DNA of 64,000 bases, from contig CAWDML010000009.1 of assembly GCA_963803435.1 (NCBI GenBank), positions 288,001-352,000 on the forward strand, written 5' to 3'. Positions 17,653 through 28,658 of this stretch are shown one piece after another; the first letter of the stretch is position 1; every line of letters begins with the position of its first letter. A model generated the notes under the pieces. It made no database searches, was not told where the DNA came from, and saw only the letters and a list, made by a program, of their open reading frames with translations. A program made the position numbers and the translations under genes. This stretch comes from an uncultured delta proteobacterium (GTDB lineage: Bacteria > Myxococcota > Kuafuiibacteriia > Kuafuiibacteriales > Kuafuiibacteriaceae).

Positions 17653-19861
17653 CCTCGGCCTCTGTCAGCGACATCTTGGACACCGTGGTGTCGAGCTTCG
17701 GCAGCGCCTGCCCCGAGAGTCGCAGATAGATGAGGTAGGTCTCCATCACCCGGCGCACGTAGCGGCGCGTCTCCCGATACGGAATGCGCTCCACGAACTC
17801 GTCCATCGGCATGCCCTCGTAGGACTTGACCCATTCGTCCATCGCCCCGGGCCCGGCGTTGTAGGCCCCGGCGGCGAGCTCGATCCGGTTTCCATAGCGG
17901 GCCATCAGCGTCCCCAGGTACCACGCCCCCAACCAGACGTTGGAGCGCGGATCGCGGAAGCGGGCCGAGTGGCTCCGGCCGCCCTTCACCCGCTTGCCGA
18001 TCCGATCGGCCGTGGCCGGCATGAGCTGCATCAGACCGCGCGCGCCCACCGGGCTGGTCACGTTCGGGCGGAAGTGGCTCTCGGTGCGCATGATCGACAG
18101 GATCAGGGCGTCGTCCACCTGGTGCGCCTTGCTGGCGTACGCGACCTCGTCGGGGAACGCGCGCGGATAGGCGTGGCGCCAGGCGCGCCAGGCCCACGGC
18201 TCCCCCGTCACCAGCTCGGCCCCGTCCTGCGCGATGAGGAGCGCCACCCGGAACGCCAGGTTGTGGGCCCCGAGCCGGTCGAGGAGATCGGCCACCATCG
18301 TCCGGCCCTTGGTGTCGCGACCGCGGCGGAGGTAGCTCGCGCACGCGGTCAGCTCGTCGAGGGCGTCGTTCTGGAGGCCGGCGGCGTGCAGCGCCACCGC
18401 GCGATCGATCAGCACCGGACGGGACACGCCCAGCATCTCGACCAGCTTCGCGAGGGACGGTGGCGTCGGCTCCGGAGGCGGCGCGGTCAGCACGGTCTCC
18501 TCGCCGAGCTCGCGGAGGCGCTCCATCGACCAGAAGCCGTAGTACGACAGCGGCGCGACCTTCAGGACCTCGCGGTACTCCTCCCGCGCCTTGTCCGTGT
18601 CGCCGGCTCGGTTCTGGATCCGGCCCAGCCAGTAGTGCGCGGTCGGCGCCAGCGTCGACTGCGGGTGGTCCTCGAGGATCTGCTGGAAGCTGCGTCGCGC
18701 CAGCCCGTCCCGCTTGTCTAGGTAGGCGGCCCAGCCCGCGAACCAGAGGGCCTCGGTGCGACGCTCCGCCCGCGGATGCTCCTCGGCGAACTCGAGCATG
18801 CGGCGGGTCGACTCCTCGAAGTTGCCGGCGTTGTACGGGATCCATCCGGCCAGATATTGGCCCTCGATCGCGTCCCGGTCGGCCGGGTACTTGGCGCGCA
18901 GGCGATCGAAGTAGTCGATCGCCGCCTTGTCGTCGTCCTTGGCCATCGCGATCCGGCCGAGGCGCGCCAGCACCTTCGTCTCGGTGCCGCCTGAGAGCGT
19001 GTTCTTCGCGAGCAGGTGCTCCAGGACCTCCTGCTCCGCGGACTTCTGGTGGCGCCGCCGACAGAGCTCGGCGCGCTCGAGCTCCACCTCGGTGCCCATC
19101 GCCGGGACCTTCTTCGCCAGCGCGTCCAGCGCGCGCTCGCCCTCCGAGAAGGCGCCTGCGGAGACCAGGTTCTTGATGCGGACCAGCTCGAGGCTGCTGC
19201 TCGTCACCGGCGTCTTGATGCCCTTCCGCTTGAGGCGCTCGAGCAGCTGCTGCGCCTTCTTGGCGGCCGCTCCGCTCGGGTGATCGAGGAGGATCCGCCA
19301 GCAGACGTTGGCCGCCTCCTCCTCGCGACTGAGCGCGACCAGGACCTCCGCCCTTCGATACTGAAGGTCGGAGCGGCGCGGGATCCACTTCTCGGCCAAC
19401 AGCGCGTCCAGATACAGGAGCTGCTGATCGCGCTCGCCGAGCTGGCCGAGGACGTCGACCAGCCCACGGGCTGCGCCGACCGCCACCGATCGGATCTGCG
19501 CGACCGAGAGCGCGTGGAGGTACTGCTCCTTCGCCTGATCCTTGTTACCGAGGGCCAGCAGGGCGTCGCCCTTGAGGAGCGACTCGCGATCGTCGATGAG
19601 CTGAGCCTGCGATCCGCGGAGCGCCGCCAGCGCCTGCGCGGGCTTGCCGCGGGCGAGCAGCCGGCGGGCCTGGGCGTAGCGGCGTGCAGAGGTCGGGAGC
19701 AGCGCCACCGTCCCGGCCGGGGTGGGGGAGACGTCGAGGACCTTGGTCGGATCGACCGGATCCGTCTTCGCCGGCTCTTCGACGCGGGCCGGCCGTCCCT
19801 CTGCGCGACCGGTGGCCGTGCCCGCGAAGACGAGCGCAAGACAGAGTGCAGGCCAACGCAT
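17639..19861 (-). CDS. Soluble lytic murein transglycosylase with N-terminal TPRs (Slt70-like)
   Basis: Signal peptide; TPR/helical region; IMRTESHF, SPVGARGLMQLMPAT, AYNAGPG, EFVERIPYRETR.YV. Confidence 0.92.
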   Translation of the reverse strand: MRWPALCLALVFAGTATGRAEGRPARVEEPAKTDPVDPTKVLDVSPTPAGTVALLPTSARRYAQARRLLARGKPAQALAALRGSQAQLIDDRESLLKGDALLALGNKDQAKEQYLHALSVAQIRSVAVGAARGLVDVLGQLGERDQQLLYLDALLAEKWIPRRSDLQYRRAEVLVALSREEEAANVCWRILLDHPSGAAAKKAQQLLERLKRKGIKTPVTSSSLELVRIKNLVSAGAFSEGERALDALAKKVPAMGTEVELERAELCRRRHQKSAEQEVLEHLLAKNTLSGGTETKVLARLGRIAMAKDDDKAAIDYFDRLRAKYPADRDAIEGQYLAGWIPYNAGNFEESTRRMLEFAEEHPRAERRTEALWFAGWAAYLDKRDGLARRSFQQILEDHPQSTLAPTAHYWLGRIQNRAGDTDKAREEYREVLKVAPLSYYGFWSMERLRELGEETVLTAPPPEPTPPSLAKLVEMLGVSRPVLIDRAVALHAAGLQNDALDELTACASYLRRGRDTKGRTMVADLLDRLGAHNLAFRVALLIAQDGAELVTGEPWAWRAWRHAYPRAFPDEVAYASKAHQVDDALILSIMRTESHFRPNVTSPVGARGLMQLMPATADRIGKRVKGGRSHSARFRDPRSNVWLGAWYLGTLMARYGNRIELAAGAYNAGPGAMDEWVKSYEGMPMDEFVERIPYRETRRYVRRVMETYLIYLRLSGQALPKLDTTVSKMSLTEAEGVSF

Positions 19862-19866
19862 GTTCT

Positions 19867-20538
19867 CTAAATGTTGATGATGCCCTGCCGTATGCCCTCG
19901 GTGACGGCTTCGACGCGGTTTGTGACATCGAGCTTCTCGTAGATGTGCTCGAGGTGCGTGCGGATCGTCGCCTTGGAGAGCCCCAGGACCTTGGCCGCTT
20001 CGTTGTTCGACAGCCCTTTGGCGATGATCTGGAGGATCTCCAGCTCGCGATCGGTCAGGACGCTGGCAGGGCCGCCGTCCATACCTTCCCGGCTGGGCTT
20101 CTCGTCTCCGGCCGGCCGGGTTCCGATGGCTCGGAGCAGCGCGCGCGCCAGGTTGGGCTGGATCACAGCGCCGCCGGCTTTGACGTCCTTGATGGCCTCG
20201 ACGATCTTCTCCACGGGCGTGCCCTTGAGCAGGTAACCGGCCGCCCCGGCCATGATCGCCTCGATGACCTTCTCCTCCTCGTCGAAGATGGTGAAGATCA
20301 GGATCTCGATCTCGGGATGGGTCGCCTTGATCTTGCGCGTCACGTCGATGCCGCTCATCTGCGGCAAGCCGAGATCGAGGAGGAGGACCTCGGGCTTCAC
20401 CTCTTCGACCTTCTCCAGCGCGCTCTCGCCCGAGAGCGCTTCACCCACGATCTCCAAGTCGTCGAAGGTCTCGAGCAGCTTGATTTGAGCTTTGAGGATC
20501 TTCGGCTGATCCTCTACGACTAGTACGCGAATTCCCAT
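19867..20538 (-). CDS. NarL/LuxR-family response regulator
   Basis: VLVVED, LLDLGLP.MSG, GYLLK, LTDRELEIL..IAKGLSNNE HTH. Confidence 0.93.
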   Translation of the reverse strand: MGIRVLVVEDQPKILKAQIKLLETFDDLEIVGEALSGESALEKVEEVKPEVLLLDLGLPQMSGIDVTRKIKATHPEIEILIFTIFDEEEKVIEAIMAGAAGYLLKGTPVEKIVEAIKDVKAGGAVIQPNLARALLRAIGTRPAGDEKPSREGMDGGPASVLTDRELEILQIIAKGLSNNEAAKVLGLSKATIRTHLEHIYEKLDVTNRVEAVTEGIRQGIINI

Positions 20539-20584
20539 TGGCGTGCGCCGAGTGTATCCCGCTACCACACCTGGTCACAACCTC

Positions 20585-21463
20585 GTGGCTTCCTCCGGCT
20601 CCAAGCGGTCCGACGCGGCCCTTCGGCAGACCCTCGATCACTTCCTCGCCACGACCGATCGCGCGGCGCTGGTCGCGCACGATCCGGTCGAGGCCGTCCA
20701 CCGATTCCGGGATCCCCACGATCAAGAGGTCGCGGGCCTCCTCGTGGCGATGCTCGCCTATGGGCGGGCACAGACCATCAAGGCCACGACCGAGCGCGCG
20801 CTCGAGGCGCTGGGCGGATCGCCCGCCCGCGCCGTGGATCGGGGAAAGGTCGGCAAGCTCGACGGCTTCGTGTACCGGTTTCAAAAGGGCGACGACCTGG
20901 TCCGCTTCCTCCGGGGCGTGGGGCGGATCCGCCGCGCGTACGGATCGCTGGCGCGCGCCTTCGGATCGGTGATCTTGGAGGACGACGCCCACTACGGGCC
21001 GGCGATGTCGCGCTTCGTCGCGCTGATCGCGGCGGCCATCCCGGACGAGATGAGCTACGGCCTCCGCTTCCTGCTGCCGGACGCGGGCGCCGGGGGCGCC
21101 GCCAAGCGGCTCTGCCTCTACCTCCGCTGGATGGTGCGCGACGAGGGCGGCGTCGACCTCGGCGCCTGGAAGACGCTGGCGCCGGGGCTCGACCCGAAGA
21201 AGCTGATCATCCCGCTCGACACCCACATCGCGCGGCTCGGCCGGTACCTCGGGCTCACGGAGCGCGCGACGCCCGGCCTCGAGATGGCGATCGAGATTAC
21301 CCAGTCGCTCGCGCGGCTACGCCCGGCCGATCCGCTGGCCTACGACATGGCGCTGTGTCACCTCGGGATCTCGGAGCGCTGTCCGAAGCACCGGGATCCG
21401 GAGATCTGCGCAGGCTGTCCCATCAACGCGGTCTGTCGACTGGGGCCGCCCGTCCCGAGGTAA
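20585..21463 (+). CDS. TIGR02757/DUF2400 family protein with C-terminal Cys cluster
   Basis: DPV...H.F....DQEVAGL..A.LAYGR, YRF, KRLCLYLRWMVR, D.GAW, LIIPLDTH, DPL.YD.ALCHLG, CPKHRDPEICAGCPINAVC. Start could be GTG 20543 or 20585. Confidence 0.85.
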   Translation: MASSGSKRSDAALRQTLDHFLATTDRAALVAHDPVEAVHRFRDPHDQEVAGLLVAMLAYGRAQTIKATTERALEALGGSPARAVDRGKVGKLDGFVYRFQKGDDLVRFLRGVGRIRRAYGSLARAFGSVILEDDAHYGPAMSRFVALIAAAIPDEMSYGLRFLLPDAGAGGAAKRLCLYLRWMVRDEGGVDLGAWKTLAPGLDPKKLIIPLDTHIARLGRYLGLTERATPGLEMAIEITQSLARLRPADPLAYDMALCHLGISERCPKHRDPEICAGCPINAVCRLGPPVPR

Positions 21464-21473
21464 GCTCGGGGAG

Positions 21474-22346
21474 GTGCGGGCCGTCTCCTCCTTGCTGCTC
21501 CTGGCCGCCTGCGGTCCGGGCGTCGGTCGGCCCGCGATGATCTTCGACGCGGGCGAGCGCGCCGAGGCGGGACCGATCGACGCCGACGTCTTCCCCGACG
21601 CGAACGTGGTGCGCGACGCCGGCCGCGGCGACGTGGGTCTGTTCGTCCCTGACAGCGGCGACACCACCCGCTTCCCCTTCACCGGCGTGTTCGGGATCCT
21701 CAACGCCAGCGAGTCGCTGTTCGCCCGGGAGGTCGGCGACCGTCTCATGCTGATCGCGGGGCGGCCTCCCTACATCTACACGGGCACGATCGACGAGGAT
21801 GGGAACGTCGACACCACCTCCGGCCAGCTGACGCGGAGCGGCTGTGCGATCGCACGGATCACCGGGACGTACGACCGCGTCGCGGCGACGTACCAGCTGC
21901 TGCACGAGACCTGCTCGTCGGTGGATGGAACGCCGCTCTCGTCGACGATCCGCGGCGGCTTCTCGCAGGACTACGCAGGCGCGAGCGGCGTCTACGACCT
22001 CACCGCCACCTTGATCATCGATCTCAACGGGTGCGCCGACAACAACCAGCCGCAGCCGGTCCGGTTTGGGGTCGATCTCCTGAGCGACGGATCCGTCGTG
22101 GTCTTCGCCGGGATCGACGTCGTGTCGGAGCCCGGCGTCTACGTCGGCCGCCTCACCGGGAGCGGCTTCTCGGCGATCCAGGACCTCGACGTGGGCGGGT
22201 CCCAGCAGTTCGCGATGTCGGGGACGTTCATGCAGGCGAACGCGAACCAGCCGGTGATGCTCAGCGGAGAGCGGGACGTCTACAGCCCGGAGGGTGGCTG
22301 CACCTATCGGATCATGTTCGACGGTGCGCGCGCCGAGTCGCCGTAG
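21474..22346 (+). CDS. Hypothetical lipoprotein
   Basis: MRAVSSLLLLAAC lipobox, DAG/DA linker, beta-rich Cys-containing body, strong GC3 bias. Confidence 0.75.
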   Translation: MRAVSSLLLLAACGPGVGRPAMIFDAGERAEAGPIDADVFPDANVVRDAGRGDVGLFVPDSGDTTRFPFTGVFGILNASESLFAREVGDRLMLIAGRPPYIYTGTIDEDGNVDTTSGQLTRSGCAIARITGTYDRVAATYQLLHETCSSVDGTPLSSTIRGGFSQDYAGASGVYDLTATLIIDLNGCADNNQPQPVRFGVDLLSDGSVVVFAGIDVVSEPGVYVGRLTGSGFSAIQDLDVGGSQQFAMSGTFMQANANQPVMLSGERDVYSPEGGCTYRIMFDGARAESP

Positions 22347-22348
22347 GG

Positions 22349-23695
<1,347 letters not shown>

Positions 23696-23699
<4 letters not shown>

Positions 23700-24995
23700 G
23701 GGTCGTCGGCGAAGTCGATCGCGAGCGTGACCGCGGCGAAGCGGCCGTCGACCAGCGGCGGGAGTCGGAGCCGATCGATCGCGGGCTCGAGGCAGCGCTC
23801 GAGCGCCTCGTTCTCCGGCTGCACTCGACCCTTCGCGGTACCGTCCTTCGCGATCACCAGGTGCAGGCGGCTCGCCGTCGCGAGCGGCGTGAGGGCGTGG
23901 CACTCGCGGATCGCCGGCTCGAGGGTGCGTGCGACCGCCCGACCGGCCTCTGCGTCGAGCGGCCCCACAATCTCGGGCGTGCCCACCCGGAGGGGACGGG
24001 GTGAGCCGGAGGAGACCAGCGCGAAGAGGGCCGCCGCGAGCGAGAGCGCGGCCATCGCGAGCGGAACGATCCGGCGCCGCCGCGGTCGTCCCTCCTCGAG
24101 CGCGCGGAGGAAGGCGAGGGCGCTCTCCGGTCGATCCTCGGGGCGCTTCTCGAGACAGCGGGCGATCGCGCGCTCCCAGGCGGTGCCTGCCAGCGCGGGC
24201 GCGGCCTCGCCCAGGCGCGGCGCCGGGACCTCGAGGTGCGCGTGCATGAAGCCCTGCAGGGTGGGCGCCTCGAAGGGCAGCTTGCCGGCCAGCATCTCGA
24301 ACGTCATCGCGCCGAGCGCGTAGAGGTCGGCCGCGACTCCGGTGCCGCGCGGAATCCTCGGACCACATCTCCGGCGCCATGTAGGGCGGCGTCCCGAAGA
24401 TCGATCCGGGCTGAGTGAGTCGCCGCTGCTCTTCGGTCAAGACGCGCGCCAGGCCGAAGTCGAGCACGGTCACCTTCCCGGCCTCGTCGACGATCGCGTT
24501 CGACGGCTTGAGGTCGCGGTGGACGAGACCGCGCGCGTGGGCCTCCCCGAGCGAGGCGATGATCTGCGAGAGGATCGCCCGCACCCTCTCGGGCGGGAGC
24601 GCGCCCTCGGCCTCGATCAGATCCTCGAGCGAGGTCCCTTCGATCAGCGCCATCGCGAGATAGAGATCGCCGTCCTCCGCCTCGCCGAAGTCGAAGACGG
24701 TGACGGTGTGCGGCGACTTCAGGTTGGCGGTGATCTCGGCCTCCCGCCGGAAGCGCGCGGTGAACTCGGGATCCTCGGCGCCTTCGAGGATCTTGAGCGC
24801 CACCGCGCGGCGGGTGCCGAGCTGGAACGCCCGGTAGACCGTGCTGGTGCCGCCTCTACCCAGCTCCTGGAGCAGGAGATAGCGCCCGGCCACGACGCGG
24901 CCCAGGCGGGGATCCGGAAGCTCGATCGTCGCCGTCCCGTCGCGTTCGCAGCGCTCGCCGTCGGACCGCGCCAGGCATTCGGGGCAGATGCGCAC
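23696..24995 (-). CDS. Ser/Thr protein kinase with TM and AgmX/PglI-like C-terminal domain (+1 frameshift at 24352-24356)
   Basis: N-terminal CPEC..C; GRGG, VALK, HRDLKPSN, DFG, GTPPYMAPE. The repaired frame gives ADLYALG...TM...IRECH...IAKDG...ERCL. Confidence 0.88.
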
Positions 24996-25071
24996 GCGAG
25001 GAGATTGATCGCGCCGGGGCTCGTTTTTGTGAAGGCCTGCGCCCGCCGATCTGCTACCTCCATCGGGGCGG

Positions 25072-26120
25072 ATGCTCCTCCTCACCGCCGCGCTGATCAT
25101 TGCGCTCTTGATCCTCGCCAACGCGTTCTACGTCGCGGCCGAGTTCGCCGCGATCAGCATCCGCAGCACCCGGATCCAGCAGCTCGCCGAGGACGGCCAT
25201 TGGCTCGCGCGCAAGCTGCTCCCGCTGGTGGAGGACCCCGAGGCCCTCGATCGCTACATCGCGGCCTCCCAGATCGGCATCACCCTGGCCAGCCTGATCC
25301 TGGGCGCATACGGCCAGGAGCAGCTGGGACCGATCCTGGCGCCGCTGTTCGAGCGTCTGGGCGGCCTGCAGGCGGCCGCCGCCGAGTCGACCGCCGCGGC
25401 CCTCATCCTGATCGGACTGACCGTGGCGCAGATGATCCTCGGCGAGCTGGTCCCGAAGTCGCTGGCGATGCAGTTCCCCAACCAGGCTGCGTTCTTCACG
25501 GCGCTCCCCATGGCGTGGTCGCTGCGGGTGTTTCGCCCGTTCATCTGGCTCCTCAACGGCAGCGGCATGCTCATCCTCGAGCTGCTCGGAGTCGCCCACA
25601 CGCATCGACACGTGCACTCGCCGGAGGAGATCCGCATGCTGATCGCAGAGAGCACGGCGGGCGGCCTGCTGGAGCCGGAGGAGCGCCGCCAGCTCAACCG
25701 AGCCCTCGAGCTGAGCGCGCGGCGTGCCCGCGACGTGATGGTGCCCGCCGAACGGATCGTCTCGGTCGACGTCGACGCGCCGGTCGAGGAGCTCTTCCGG
25801 CTGACGACCGAGAGCCCGTACACGCGCCTGCCGGTGCGGAGCGGCTCGGTCGAGAAGATCGTCGGCGTGGTCCACACCAAGGACGTGACGCTGCGCCTCA
25901 TGGCCGGTCGCGGGCCGACTTCGGTGCGCGACGTGATGCGACCGGTCTTCGCGGTCGCCGACGACGTACGCGCCGATCGCCTGCTGATCACGCTCCGCGA
26001 GCATCACCTCCAGCAGGCGGTGGTGGTCCGGCAGGGACAGGTCCTCGGGCTGGTGAGCCTGGAGGACGTGATGGCGCAGGTGTTCGGACGGCTCTCCGAC
26101 GAGCTCAAGGGGGCACCGCG

Positions 26121-26124
<4 letters not shown>
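25072..26124 (+). CDS. HlyC/CorC (CNNM: DUF21 + CBS) membrane protein lacking the C-terminal CorC_HlyC domain
   Basis: NAFYVAAEFA, QIGITLASL, GELVPKS, DVMVP, YTRLPV, GLVSLEDV. Confidence 0.9.
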
Positions 26125-27414
<1,290 letters not shown>

Positions 27415-27431
<17 letters not shown>

Positions 27432-28398
27432 TCAGGACGGCCTTGCCCGTGACCTTGCGGTCGAGCAGATCGCGGAGGGCCCGGCCCGCCTGCTCGAGCG
27501 GATAGCGTGCGCTCACCAGCGGCTTCAGCTTTCCGTCTCGGATCCAGATCATCAGCTCGCCCTGCCTCTCCATGGCCTGGACCGGCTGGCGCATCAGCCA
27601 GGACCCGAAGAACACGCCCACGATCGCGCAGCCCTTGAGCAGCGTCAGGTTGCTGGGGATCTTCGGGATCTCGCCGGCGGTGAAGCCGACCACCAGCAGG
27701 CGGCCGTTCCAGGCGGTCGCCCGCAGCGCCGCCTCCGTGAACGATCCGCCCACCGGATCGTAGACGACGTCGGCGCCGTCGCCGCCGGTCACCTCCTTCA
27801 CCCGCGACTTCAGGTCCTCGCGCGAATAGTCGATCACGGCGTCCGCGCCGTACCTGCGGCAGACCTCCAGCTTGGCCGGGCTCGAGGCCGCCGCGATCAC
27901 CCGCGCGCCCAGCAGCTTCCCCATCTCTACCGCGGCCAGGCCCACGCCGCCGGCGGCGCCCAGCACCAGCAGCGTCTCCCCGGCTCGAAGCTGCGCTCGA
28001 TCGACGAGCGCGTAACGCGTGGTCCCGTACGTCATCAGCGTGGCGGCCGCGCGCTCGAAGTCGAGGCCGTCGGGCATCACCATCACCTGCGCCTCCGAGG
28101 CCACCAGCTCCTCGGCGAAGCCGCCGAAGGGTGCCAGCGCCACCACCCGATCGCCCGGCTTCACGGTGCGCACGTCGGCTCCGACCGAGGTCACGATGCC
28201 CGCGACCTCGGCGCCGGGCGTGAACGGCGGCTCGGGCTTGAACTGGTAGCGGCCCTCGATGATCAGCGTATCGGGGAAGTTGACGCCAGCCGCGCGGACG
28301 CCAATCACGACCTCGCCGTCCGCGGCGACGCGGGCGGGCCTATCCTCCACGACCAGCTCTTCCGGTGGACCGTACTCCCGGCAGACGACGGCTCTCAT
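27415..28398 (-). CDS. NADPH:quinone oxidoreductase (MDR/zeta-crystallin family)
   Basis: AGVNFPD..IEG.YQ, PFTPGAE, LVLGAAGGVG, DPVGG, GFTAG.IP. Confidence 0.92.
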
Positions 28399-28429
28399 GC
28401 GGGCGTCATCCCGTCATCGCCCGGCGGAG

Positions 28430-28637
28430 TCAACGCGCCGGGTCGGTGCCGCGGCGCGCCTCACTCTGCGCCGCGCGCGGAAGATCCTCCGTGTCGATGT
28501 CGTCCGTGTCGATGTCGGCCGTCTGTTCGAATCGTCCCCCAGCGCTCCTCCATCAGGATGGCCGTACCCAGGAGGATGTGATCTCCCAGGACGGTCTCCT
28601 CACCTTCGAGCGCCGGGACCTTCCTCTGTCCTGCCAT
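28430..28637 (-). CDS. Small acidic hypothetical protein (~68 aa after repairing a +1 frameshift at 28529-28533)
   Basis: GGAGG RBS then ATG. Repaired reading: MAGQRKVPALEGEETVLGDHILLGTAILMEERWGTIEQTADIDTDDIDTEDLPRAAQSEARRGTDPAR, with GC-rich third positions. Absent from the ORF track. Confidence 0.5.
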
Positions 28638-28658
28638 GCGTGGGCCCTCCTCCCGAGC

